Source: Verrucomicrobiales bacterium (GTDB lineage: Bacteria > Verrucomicrobiota > Verrucomicrobiia > Verrucomicrobiales > V1-33). Taken from it: DNA of 64,000 nt. A program made the translations under genes and the position numbers. Shown here piece by piece: positions 19,678 through 28,986 of this stretch. Position 1 is the stretch's first letter; each line of letters starts with the position of its first letter. The notes below the pieces were generated by a model. That model did no database searches. It saw only the letters and a program-made list of their open reading frames with translations, and had not been told where the DNA came from. The DNA lies in assembly GCA_031411295.1 (NCBI GenBank), contig JANOAV010000059.1:1-64000 (forward strand), read 5' to 3'.

Positions 19678-19955
19678 GGCAATAGGGATTCGGGCTCCAC
19701 CGGACCACCACGCAGATCGTCAATGATGTCCGTAGCCGATTGATGCTCCCAAGGGTGGCCTTTGAGGGCTTTGGTGGCCGACTTTTGCCAGGCCGACAAG
19801 GTCTGCTCCCACTCGGCCCGATTCACCACCCGATGGGCAGTGAGCACGGGGGCGGTCTCGTCAAATTCCAATTGGTCCCCGGCTTTGAGGTTGAGTCGCT
19901 GACGAATCGCCAAGGGGATCGTGATCTGTCCTTTAGATGTAAGGGTAGCTGTCAT
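19674..19955 (-). CDS. AbrB/MazE/SpoVT-family antitoxin
   Basis: MTATLTSKGQITIPLAIRQRLNLKAGDQLEF is the AbrB swapped-hairpin signature. Confidence 0.9.
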   Translation of the reverse strand: MTATLTSKGQITIPLAIRQRLNLKAGDQLEFDETAPVLTAHRVVNRAEWEQTLSAWQKSATKALKGHPWEHQSATDIIDDLRGGPVEPESLLP

Positions 19956-19990
19956 GCGTGGAGAGTAAGGTTGAAAAGTAAGGATGTCAA
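19956..19990 (-). promoter_or_regulatory. Sigma70-type promoter of the TA operon, probably leaderless, overlapped by CCTTACT direct repeats
   Basis: Minus strand reads TTGACA-17 nt-TACTCT-6 nt-ATG. CCTTACT occurs twice between and over the boxes. Confidence 0.65.
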
Positions 19991-20108
19991 CATTCACCAC
20001 CGAGATCTTGCTTTACAGCGTCCTGACGATGGGTTGATATCGTCTGTCCTAAACCGGACTGCTGAGGCTGTCTGGTTACTCCTACCTTTCCCACTTCGTC
20101 CTACCCCA

Positions 20109-21425
20109 ATGACCCACGCTCTCTCTCTTGCGTTGACCCTGCTGCTCTTTCCTCTCTTGGGGCAAGCCGCAGAGGTAAATCTCAAGCCCAACATCGTTTA
20201 CTTGCTAGTAGATGACATGGGCTATGCCGATTGTGGTTTCAATGGCGGGACTGACATTCGCACGCCAAACATTGACAAGCTCGCGAAGCAGGGTGCCATC
20301 TTGAAATCTTTTTACGTGCAGCCGCTTTGCTCGCCAACCCGTGCGGCTCTGCTCACAGGCCGCTACCCCACGCATACCGGAGTTTATAGCGTCGTCACGC
20401 CGGGGGCTGCTTGGGGGCTGCCGCTGGATGAACGCACATTGCCTCAGGCCTTGAGCGAGGTGGGCTACACGACGGCCATTTGCGGCAAATGGCATCTGGG
20501 AGAATTCAAAACGGAATATCGGCCGAACCAACGTGGATTTCAACATCAGTATGGTCACATGATGGGGAATCTGGATTATTTCACGCACATTCGGGATGGC
20601 AAGCTGGACTGGTATCGCAATGACAAACCGCTGGAAGAAGAAGGTTACACCACCCGGCTGATCGCCAAGGAAGCCACCCGCCTCATCAAGGAGCAATCGG
20701 TCGATAAGCCGCTGTTTCTCTATGTCCCCTTCAATGGCATCCATTCGCCCTTTCAAGTCCCTGAGGGCGATGCCAAGCCTTACGAGGATCTCCCAAAGCT
20801 GCGCAAAACCGTAGCCGGAATGTTAGCGGTAGTGGACGAGGCCGTTGGCCAAATCGCCACTGCCCTTGAGGAAAAAGGTCTGCGCGAGAACACGCTAATT
20901 ATTTTCTCCAGCGACAACGGCGGCCCACATCCCGGCAAGGCCACGATGAATACCCCGCTCAAAGGGGGCAAGGGCAGTATCAACGAGGGCGGGGTCCGCG
21001 TAGCAGCGTTTGCCACTTGGCCAGGGAAAATCCCTGCTGGCACCAGCATCGATGAGCCGATGCACATCGTGGATTGGTATCCCACGCTGTTGAAACTCAC
21101 CGGCACCCCCGCAGCCCAGAAACACGCCCCTGATGGTCTCGATATCTGGCCGGTCCTAACGCAGGGGAAAAAATCTCCCCATGAGGCGCTGTTGCTGCAC
21201 GGAACCAATCTGAATGTCAAAGCGCTCCGCATGGGCGACTGGAAATTGCACGTTCCCGCCAACGGCAAAATAGAATTATATAACCTTGCCAAAGACATCT
21301 CCGAGAAGCAAAATCTGGCGGAGTCCAAGCCGGAGCGCGTCAAGGAACTGCGCGCCAAATTGGATGAATTAACCAAGGACGCAGTTCCCTTGGGCGGCCC
21401 ACAGCCTGGCGCAGACAAAGAATAG
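20109..21425 (+). CDS. Arylsulfatase B-like sulfatase
   Basis: Signal peptide from ATG 20109; PNIVYLLVDDMG, QPLCSPTRA, GKWHLG and SDNGG motifs. Confidence 0.93.
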   Translation: MTHALSLALTLLLFPLLGQAAEVNLKPNIVYLLVDDMGYADCGFNGGTDIRTPNIDKLAKQGAILKSFYVQPLCSPTRAALLTGRYPTHTGVYSVVTPGAAWGLPLDERTLPQALSEVGYTTAICGKWHLGEFKTEYRPNQRGFQHQYGHMMGNLDYFTHIRDGKLDWYRNDKPLEEEGYTTRLIAKEATRLIKEQSVDKPLFLYVPFNGIHSPFQVPEGDAKPYEDLPKLRKTVAGMLAVVDEAVGQIATALEEKGLRENTLIIFSSDNGGPHPGKATMNTPLKGGKGSINEGGVRVAAFATWPGKIPAGTSIDEPMHIVDWYPTLLKLTGTPAAQKHAPDGLDIWPVLTQGKKSPHEALLLHGTNLNVKALRMGDWKLHVPANGKIELYNLAKDISEKQNLAESKPERVKELRAKLDELTKDAVPLGGPQPGADKE

Positions 21426-21456
21426 CCAATCAATCAAACGCCCGTTATTTACACTC

Positions 21457-22995
21457 ATGAAATCACTCCTCCTCAATTTACTCTGCGGCTTATTTCTGAT
21501 GGCTGCTTCGTTTGCCGCCGAACCTGAGCCAGCAACGGCAGACAAATCCAAGCCGAACATCGTCTATATCCTCTGTGACGATCTCGGGTATGGCGACGTG
21601 CATTGCTACAATCCCGAGCGTGGTAAGATCGCGACCCCTAACTTCGATAAGATGGCAACGCAGGGCATGATTTTCACCGATGCGCATACCAGCTCTTCCG
21701 TCTGCTCTCCCACGCGTTACGGCCTCCTAACTGGGCGCTACAATTGGCGCAGCCGCTTGCAATCCGCTGTGCTACATGGCTTCAGCGATCCGTTGATTGC
21801 CGCAGATCGCTTGACCGTTCCTGCGTTGCTCAAAGCGCAGGGCTACACGACTGCGATGATTGGGAAATGGCATCTCGGCATGGGGATTCCAGAGAAGGAG
21901 GGTTCTCCCGTGATCAAAGAAGGTCCCATTTCGCGTGGCTTCGATAGCTACTTCGGTATCAGCGCCTCCTTGGACATGCCGCCGTTTGCCTTCATTGAAA
22001 ATGATCATTTCACCGAACCACTCACCACCACTAAGACATGGTTACGAAGCGGACCTGCCGCCGCCAGCTTCGAAGCGGTGGATGTGCTGCCCACCTTCAC
22101 CAAGAAAGCCGTCGAACTCATCACCGCCCAGGCCAAGGCAGGTAAACCTTTCTTTCTCTATCTAGCGCTGAATTCACCACACACCCCAATTGTGCCATCC
22201 AAGGAATGGCAGGGGAAAAGCGGGCTCAGTGACTATGGTGATTTTGTGATGGAGACAGATTGGACCTTGGGGAAAGTGCTGGGGGCGATTGATGAATCCG
22301 GGATCGGAAGCAACACGCTGGTCGTTATCACGAGCGACAACGGCTGCTCGCCTGCGGCCAAGATTCCCGATCTCCAATCCAAGGGCCACTTCCCTAACGG
22401 AAATCTGCGTGGCATGAAAGCAGACGTCTTCGATGGGGGGCATCGCGTTCCCTTCATCGTCCGCTGGCCGGACCGCGTGAAGGCTGGTAGCCGCAGTGAT
22501 CAAACCATCTGCCATACCGATCTCATGGCCACCTGTGCGGGCATCCTCAACACCAAGCTTCCGGATACCGCTGGCGAAGACAGCTTCAGCATTCTACCAG
22601 CCCTCCTCGGCACTGACAAAGCCCCGCTGCGCGAGGCCATCGTGCATCATACGATCAATGGTTCCTTTGCCATCCGTCAGGGTAAGTGGAAACTGGAACT
22701 CTGTCCTGGCTCTGGAGGCTGGAGCGACCCCAAACCCGGCAGCAAGGACGAAGCCGGTCTGCCCCTGACACAACTCTACGATCTCACGGCCGATCTTGCA
22801 GAAGCGAAGAACCTGTCTGCGGAACATCCCGCTGAGGTTGCAAGTCTGACCAAGCTGCTGGAACAATACATTGCCAATGGCCGCAGCACGCCTGGTGCGA
22901 AGCAGACCAACGACGCTGAAATTGAAATTCGTAAGATTCCCAAAGCCGCCAAGCAAGGCAAGGCCGCCAAGAAGGGCAAGGCCGAGCAGGAGTAA
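21457..22995 (+). CDS. Arylsulfatase A-like sulfatase
   Basis: PNIVYILCDDLGYGD, CSPTRYGLLTGRY, SPHTP, TSDNG and GGHRVPF motifs. Confidence 0.93.
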   Translation: MKSLLLNLLCGLFLMAASFAAEPEPATADKSKPNIVYILCDDLGYGDVHCYNPERGKIATPNFDKMATQGMIFTDAHTSSSVCSPTRYGLLTGRYNWRSRLQSAVLHGFSDPLIAADRLTVPALLKAQGYTTAMIGKWHLGMGIPEKEGSPVIKEGPISRGFDSYFGISASLDMPPFAFIENDHFTEPLTTTKTWLRSGPAAASFEAVDVLPTFTKKAVELITAQAKAGKPFFLYLALNSPHTPIVPSKEWQGKSGLSDYGDFVMETDWTLGKVLGAIDESGIGSNTLVVITSDNGCSPAAKIPDLQSKGHFPNGNLRGMKADVFDGGHRVPFIVRWPDRVKAGSRSDQTICHTDLMATCAGILNTKLPDTAGEDSFSILPALLGTDKAPLREAIVHHTINGSFAIRQGKWKLELCPGSGGWSDPKPGSKDEAGLPLTQLYDLTADLAEAKNLSAEHPAEVASLTKLLEQYIANGRSTPGAKQTNDAEIEIRKIPKAAKQGKAAKKGKAEQE

Positions 22996-23016
22996 ATCCT
23001 CACAAATACCAATCGC

Positions 23017-24531
23017 ATGAACCTGTTCCGCTTGGCGGGCATCGCATTCTTTCTAACGGTCACCGTGCTGACTGTCGGCTCTGGTGCTATGTCGCGCGCA
23101 GCGGCACCTCCACCTAACGTGGTGTTGATTCTGGTTGATGACCTCGGCTATTCGGATCTCGGTTGCTTCGGAGCAAAGGACATTCGCACTCCCAACATTG
23201 ACAAACTCGCGGCCCAGGGGACGCGCTTCACCAGCTTTTATGTGGCGCAGGCGGTCTGCACTGCGAGTCGTGCCGCCTTGCTGAGCGGCTGCTATCCGAA
23301 TCGGGTAGGAATGGCTGGAGCGTTGAATCATACAAGCCGCAATGGAATTCACCCTGACGAATGGTTGCTGCCGGAGATGCTCAAGGATCGTGGCTACGCG
23401 ACAACCTGCATCGGTAAATGGCACTTGGGCACCGTGCCCAGCCTGCGGGCGACCCGTCATGGCTTCGATGAATGGTTCGGCATTCCTTACTCGAACGACA
23501 ACTCGAAATATCATCCCGTGCTGGCCGCAGAAATGCCGCCGCTGCCAATGCATGACGGAGACCAGGTGGTGGAACTGGATCCTGACCAGAGTCAGTTCAC
23601 GCGTCGTTTCACCGAACGAGCCGTGTCGTTCATCGAGCGCAGCGCCAAGCAACCGTTCTTCCTTTACCTCCCGCATGTCATGCCGCATGTGCCAATTTTT
23701 GCGTCAGAGAAATTTAAAGGCCGGTCCCAGCGAGGGCTCTTTGGTGATGTGGTGGAGGAACTCGACTGGTCCGTGGGCGAAGTGCTGGCAACGCTGGACC
23801 GACTGAAGTTGGCGGATAATACCATCGTCATTTTGTTCTCCGACAATGGTCCGTGGTTGAGCTATGGCGATCACGCAGGCTCGGCTCGGCCATTACGTGA
23901 AGGTAAGCTGACGGCGTTCGATGGCGGCATGCGCTCACCTTTGGTGGTGCGCTGGCCCGGTAACGTTCCTGCAGGACGCACCAGCGATGTGCCGTGGATG
24001 GCGATTGATTGGTTGCCGACTATAACAGAAATTGTAGATGGAAAAAAATCCACGCTCAAAATCGACGGCGTGAGCGCCAAGCCGCTTCTGCTCGGAGAAC
24101 CCGGAGCCAAACCTCCCCATGAGGCACTGTTCTTCTATGCTGGCGAGGAATTGCACGCCGTCCGCAGTGGCGAATGGAAACTCCATTTCACCCACCCCTA
24201 TCTGACCACCGCAGCCGAACCAGGCCACGGTGGTAAACCGTCCAACTGGGGTAAAGCCACCCCGCGCGCCATTAACGATTCCAGTATGGAAGCCATCGCG
24301 AGCCGGCACGGACAACGCGTCGAACGTCTGGAGTTGTCATTGTTCAACCTACCTTCTGACCCCGGTGAAACGAAAAACATTGCAGGTGAGCATCCGGAAA
24401 TAGTGGCGCGACTTTCCACCCTAGCCGAAACCATGCGACTCGATCTGGGCGATGCACTCAAGGGTGCGAAAGGCCCAGGATGCCGCCCGGCAGGGTTTGA
24501 ACCACTTCCAACAAAATCAATTTCCAAATGA
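23017..24531 (+). CDS. Arylsulfatase A-like sulfatase (CTASR motif)
   Basis: PNVVLILVDDLG, CTASRA, GIPYSND, MPHVP and SDNGPW motifs. Confidence 0.93.
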   Translation: MNLFRLAGIAFFLTVTVLTVGSGAMSRAAAPPPNVVLILVDDLGYSDLGCFGAKDIRTPNIDKLAAQGTRFTSFYVAQAVCTASRAALLSGCYPNRVGMAGALNHTSRNGIHPDEWLLPEMLKDRGYATTCIGKWHLGTVPSLRATRHGFDEWFGIPYSNDNSKYHPVLAAEMPPLPMHDGDQVVELDPDQSQFTRRFTERAVSFIERSAKQPFFLYLPHVMPHVPIFASEKFKGRSQRGLFGDVVEELDWSVGEVLATLDRLKLADNTIVILFSDNGPWLSYGDHAGSARPLREGKLTAFDGGMRSPLVVRWPGNVPAGRTSDVPWMAIDWLPTITEIVDGKKSTLKIDGVSAKPLLLGEPGAKPPHEALFFYAGEELHAVRSGEWKLHFTHPYLTTAAEPGHGGKPSNWGKATPRAINDSSMEAIASRHGQRVERLELSLFNLPSDPGETKNIAGEHPEIVARLSTLAETMRLDLGDALKGAKGPGCRPAGFEPLPTKSISK

Positions 24532-26000
24532 AATCGCACGTCCTTTTTGGTCTCCTTTTGATTGCTGCATCCTCCTGCCGGCTGACCGCTGCCGAGACGA
24601 CTAAGCCAAACATTGTCTATATCCTAGCCGACGATCTCGGTTATGGTGATGTGCATTGCCTCAACCCAGAGCGGGGAAAAATTAAGACCCCGAATCTCGA
24701 CAAGCTTGCCTCGCAAGGGATGACCTTTACCGATGCTCATAGCGGTTCGTCCGTCTGCTCGCCCACCCGCTATGGCTTGCTTACTGGACGCTACGCGTGG
24801 CGGTCGCGATTGCAGTCCGGGGTGCTTGATGGATACGTGGAGCCGCTCCTCGCTGCGGACCGGCTCACAGTCCCGGGACTGCTGAAACGAAATGGCTATC
24901 ACACTGCGATCATTGGCAAATGGCATCTGGGCTACACCATCGAAGGAGCAGGCAAGAAAGGCGGCGGCAGCGGAAAGTTGGAAGGAGCACCCTTGGGAGC
25001 GATCACCAAGGACGGGCCGGTGACGCGTGGCTTTGATGAGTTTTTTGGATTTCATCACGCCCGGATGATGAAATCGGTGTTCCAGAATGATCGCGTCACG
25101 CAGATGATCGAGCCCGTGGACATCCTGCCAGCCTTGGTCAAGCACAGTGCCGACTACATCGTGGAGCGCAGCAAAGCAGGGACACCGTTCATGCTTTATC
25201 TACCACTCAATTCACCGCACACGCCCATCGTGCCAGCGAAGGAATGGCAGGGTAAAAGCGGCCTGGGTGACTACGCCGATTTCGTTATGGAGACCGACTG
25301 GGCCGTGGGCGAAGTGCTCGCATCCCTGGACAAAGCAGGCGTGGCGGACAAGACCCTCGTCATTTTCACGAGCGACAATGGCTGCTCCAAAGCTGCCGGG
25401 ATCTCGCAGTTGGAGCAACAAGGCCACTATCCGAGTGCCGACCTGCGAGGATCAAAGTCGGACATCTGGGATGGCGGGCATCGCGTGCCGTTCTTTGTGC
25501 GCTGGCCGGGACAAGTGAAGGCTGGATCGCAAACCGAGCGTCTCATCTGCCACACCGACCTCATGGCCACTTGCGCGAACATCCTTGGAGCCAAGCTCCC
25601 TGACAATGCCGCCGAAGACAGCGTGAGCATTCTTCCAGTGATGCTTGGCAAAGACACCGTGGCCCCACACGAAGCTGTCGTTCATCACAGCATAGCCGGT
25701 CGATTTGCGATTCGACAAGCTCAGTGGAAACTGGAATTCTGCCCTGGCTCCGGCGGTTGGACAGCACCCGGGGATGCCGCTGCGAAGAAGCAAGGCCTGC
25801 CGGACCTGCAACTCTATGATTTGCTGACCGACAAGGGAGAAACTAAGAATGTGCAAGCCGAGCATCCCGAGATCGTGGAAAAGCTCACCAAGCTGCTGGA
25901 ACAAACCATCACCAACGGCCGAAGCACGCCCGGTCCAAAGCAGGCCAATGACGCTGCCATCATCGTCAATAAAGCAAACTCGAAGGCTCCGAAGGAATAG
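24528..26000 (+). CDS. Arylsulfatase A-like sulfatase, close paralogue of 21457-22995
   Basis: PNIVYILADDLGYGDVHCLNPERGKI, CSPTRY and SPHTPIVPAKEWQGKSGL motifs. Confidence 0.93.
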   Translation: MKSHVLFGLLLIAASSCRLTAAETTKPNIVYILADDLGYGDVHCLNPERGKIKTPNLDKLASQGMTFTDAHSGSSVCSPTRYGLLTGRYAWRSRLQSGVLDGYVEPLLAADRLTVPGLLKRNGYHTAIIGKWHLGYTIEGAGKKGGGSGKLEGAPLGAITKDGPVTRGFDEFFGFHHARMMKSVFQNDRVTQMIEPVDILPALVKHSADYIVERSKAGTPFMLYLPLNSPHTPIVPAKEWQGKSGLGDYADFVMETDWAVGEVLASLDKAGVADKTLVIFTSDNGCSKAAGISQLEQQGHYPSADLRGSKSDIWDGGHRVPFFVRWPGQVKAGSQTERLICHTDLMATCANILGAKLPDNAAEDSVSILPVMLGKDTVAPHEAVVHHSIAGRFAIRQAQWKLEFCPGSGGWTAPGDAAAKKQGLPDLQLYDLLTDKGETKNVQAEHPEIVEKLTKLLEQTITNGRSTPGPKQANDAAIIVNKANSKAPKE

Positions 26001-26069
26001 ACGTTCAGCGAATAATTATTCTACTGTTACGTTACATAGCATTTACCAACACCCATTGTTTACACCCTC

Positions 26070-27503
26070 ATGAAATACATTTCTCTGCTTCTGATCATTA
26101 ACTGGGTCATACAGGTCGACGGACTCAATGCCGCTGAGAAATCCAAGCCTAACATTCTCCACATCCACGCCGACGATCATCGGGCGGATGGCCTCCACGC
26201 GTTGGGGAATCCATTGTTGATTACACCGAATCTCGATACGCTTGTCGAGCGTGGCATGACTTTCACGCATTGTTATACGATGGGCTCAATGATAGGCGCG
26301 GTGTGCACTCCGAGCCGCACCATGATGCTCACCGGTCGCTCCTGGCAGCGCATTCCTGGGGCTCCGGGGGCCGCCGCCAATGCCAAGGACCCTGACACTT
26401 TTCTACCGAGAGTGATCCAGGCTGCAGGCTATCAAACTTGGCACATGGGCAAGTATGGCAACGGTTTCCCGGCTGGGTTGCAGACGTTTGAAACGAGCAT
26501 CAGAGATGACGCCCACGGCAATGGGGACGACGTGGACCGCGCCCATTGCAGTCAGCGTCTGGCCGACGGCACGATTGAGTTTCTAAAGAAACGCACGGCT
26601 GATAAAGCAGCGAAGCCCTTTTACATCTACATTGCCCCGCCTGTCCCGCACGATCCCCGTTCTGCGGAACCTCAGTTTCACAAACTCTACGATCCCGCCA
26701 AGATTCCGCTTTCCCCGGCCTTTATGCCGCAACATCCATTCGACAACGGGGAAATGACGGTGCGCGATGAAGCCCTGGCCCCATGGCCCAGAACCCCCAA
26801 AGACACCAAACAACAAAACGCGGATTACTATTCCTGCGTGACTGGGCTGGATCACCATATCGGCCGCATTTTTGCCGAACTGAAGGCCAGTGGTCAGTGG
26901 GAGAACACCATCATTATCTTCAGTGGCGACAACGGCCTTTCCCTTGGGGAGCACGGTCTCTTCGGTAAACAGAATCTCTATGAGTTCGGCGGGATGCACG
27001 TCCCTTGCGTCATCGCTGGACCGGGCGTCACCAAAGGTAAGAGCGAAGCCCTCGTTTACCTCATGGACCTCTTCCCCACCCTCGCGGAGTTTGCTGGAGC
27101 CAAACTTCCTCAGGGCGTGGAAGGCAAAAGCCTGGTTCCCATCCTGGCTGGTAAAGAAACCAAAGTCCGGGACGTGCTCTATACCGGCTACCGAGACGGA
27201 CAGCGGGCGATTCGTGATAGTCGCTGGAAACTCATCCGGTATCCGCTCGTGGATCGCACCCAACTCTTCGATCTCAGCACCGATCCGCTTGAACTAGCCA
27301 ACCTGGCGGACAAACCAGAGCACGGAGCCAAGGTGACCGAACTAACCGCCCTGCTCACCAAGGAAATGACCACCCATGCCGACACGCACCCGCTCAAAGT
27401 GGCCAACCCAAAACCAGCCGAATGGACACCGCCTACCGCTGGGGGCAAGGCCAACAAAAAAGCGCAGAAGGCGGCCAAAGCACCTGCGTCGAAGAAGCCA
27501 TAA
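26070..27503 (+). CDS. Sulfatase (choline-sulfatase-like)
   Basis: PNILHIHADDHR, GAVCTPSRTM, PHDPR and GDNGLSLGEHGLFGKQNLYE motifs. Confidence 0.92.
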   Translation: MKYISLLLIINWVIQVDGLNAAEKSKPNILHIHADDHRADGLHALGNPLLITPNLDTLVERGMTFTHCYTMGSMIGAVCTPSRTMMLTGRSWQRIPGAPGAAANAKDPDTFLPRVIQAAGYQTWHMGKYGNGFPAGLQTFETSIRDDAHGNGDDVDRAHCSQRLADGTIEFLKKRTADKAAKPFYIYIAPPVPHDPRSAEPQFHKLYDPAKIPLSPAFMPQHPFDNGEMTVRDEALAPWPRTPKDTKQQNADYYSCVTGLDHHIGRIFAELKASGQWENTIIIFSGDNGLSLGEHGLFGKQNLYEFGGMHVPCVIAGPGVTKGKSEALVYLMDLFPTLAEFAGAKLPQGVEGKSLVPILAGKETKVRDVLYTGYRDGQRAIRDSRWKLIRYPLVDRTQLFDLSTDPLELANLADKPEHGAKVTELTALLTKEMTTHADTHPLKVANPKPAEWTPPTAGGKANKKAQKAAKAPASKKP

Positions 27504-27594
27504 ACCTAGTCCCAGCCGATTGATCCATTGCGTCCTTATTATTTTGTTTGGATAATTCTTCAGCCCACATTCTCCTGCCAACTCATCCCCACTA

Positions 27595-28965
27595 ATGCTT
27601 AAAATATTTCTGTTCACCACCTTCGCGCTCTGCTGTAGCAACGCCTCGGCCGAGAAACCCAACATCATTTTCATCCTCAGCGACGACCTCGCGCAGGGCG
27701 ATGTTGGCTGCTATGGACAGAAGCTCATTGCGACACCGAACCTCGACCGCATGGCCAAGGAGGGCACACGCTACACCCAAGCTTTCTGCGGCACCACCGT
27801 CTGTGCGCCCAGCCGCTCCTCCCTCATGACCGGGCTGCACAGTGGCCATTGCCCGGTCCGGGGGAACTGGGAATTGCCTGGCGAGGGCCAGCTTCCGTTG
27901 CCTGCGGAGACCACCACAATTGCAGAGATTCTGCACACTGAGGGCTACGCTACCGCCTGCATGGGCAAGTGGGGCATGGGGATGTTCGACACCACGGGCA
28001 GTCCGTTGAAACAAGGCTTCGATCATTTCTTTGGCTACAATTGCCAACGCCATGCGCACTCGTATTTTCCCACCTATCTTTATCGGGACGCGACACGTTT
28101 CGATCTACCGGGAAATGACGGCAAGGGTATTGGCAAGACTTACGCCCAGAATCTCATTCAGGAAGACGTGATTTCCTGGGTCCGTGGTCTGAAAGAGAAA
28201 CCTTTCTTTCTCTACTACGCCATCACCCTGCCGCACGGCACTCATGAAATCGACGACCTCGGATCCTATGCCGACAAGCCCTGGCCAGCGGAGCAAAAAT
28301 CCTATGCCGCCCAAGTAACCCGCCTCGATCGGGATATCGGAGCGTTGCTCGATTTGCTGCGAGCATTGAAGATCGATGACAAAACGCTCGTCATGGTCGC
28401 TGGCGACAATGGTTCCTCTTTTGAACCAAAGTCTGCCATGGGGAAACTCTTCGATCAAGCTGCCAACGGCCTCCGCGGCTACAAGCGCAGCCTTTACGAA
28501 GGAGCCCTCCGGCAGGCCGCCATCGCCCGCTGGCCAGGGGTCGTGACGGCGGGTCGGGTGAGCGATGAGCCCTGGGCCTTTTGGGATTTCCTGCCGACTG
28601 CCGCTGAGCTGGCTGGCGCCAAAATTCCGACCGAGTGCAAGACCGATGGTCACTCGCTCGTCAGTTATTTGAAAGGCGGAACAGCCCCCCAGCGCGACCA
28701 CTTTCATTGGGAGCTTCACGAAACCGCCAAGCCGCTGCAAGCCGTTCGCTTCGGCAACTGGAAAGCCGTGAAGAACGGCCCGCAGGCAGCGATTGAGCTC
28801 TACGATCTCGCCACCGATCCGGGCGAGAAATCAGACGTTGCATCCAGCCATCCCGATCTTATACAGCAAGCCGTTGCGCTCATGCAAGCTGAGCACACGC
28901 CCGACCCAAACTGGCCCCTAACCGGCCTCGCCCCGCAGCGGAAAAATAAGCCCGCTGCCAAATAG
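27595..28965 (+). CDS. Arylsulfatase-like sulfatase
   Basis: [27 protein letters not shown] and [11 protein letters not shown] motifs. Confidence 0.93.
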   Translation: MLKIFLFTTFALCCSNASAEKPNIIFILSDDLAQGDVGCYGQKLIATPNLDRMAKEGTRYTQAFCGTTVCAPSRSSLMTGLHSGHCPVRGNWELPGEGQLPLPAETTTIAEILHTEGYATACMGKWGMGMFDTTGSPLKQGFDHFFGYNCQRHAHSYFPTYLYRDATRFDLPGNDGKGIGKTYAQNLIQEDVISWVRGLKEKPFFLYYAITLPHGTHEIDDLGSYADKPWPAEQKSYAAQVTRLDRDIGALLDLLRALKIDDKTLVMVAGDNGSSFEPKSAMGKLFDQAANGLRGYKRSLYEGALRQAAIARWPGVVTAGRVSDEPWAFWDFLPTAAELAGAKIPTECKTDGHSLVSYLKGGTAPQRDHFHWELHETAKPLQAVRFGNWKAVKNGPQAAIELYDLATDPGEKSDVASSHPDLIQQAVALMQAEHTPDPNWPLTGLAPQRKNKPAAK

Positions 28966-28986
28966 CCCCCATTCCTCTTTCACATC

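Noticed and set aside
19740..20108. N-terminal extension of the 561-aa ORF overlapping the antitoxin (similar extensions at 2432, 5797, 33829, 37226 and 59636)
   Set aside because: Signal peptides or family homology begin at downstream ATGs, so the extensions are ORF-caller artefacts.
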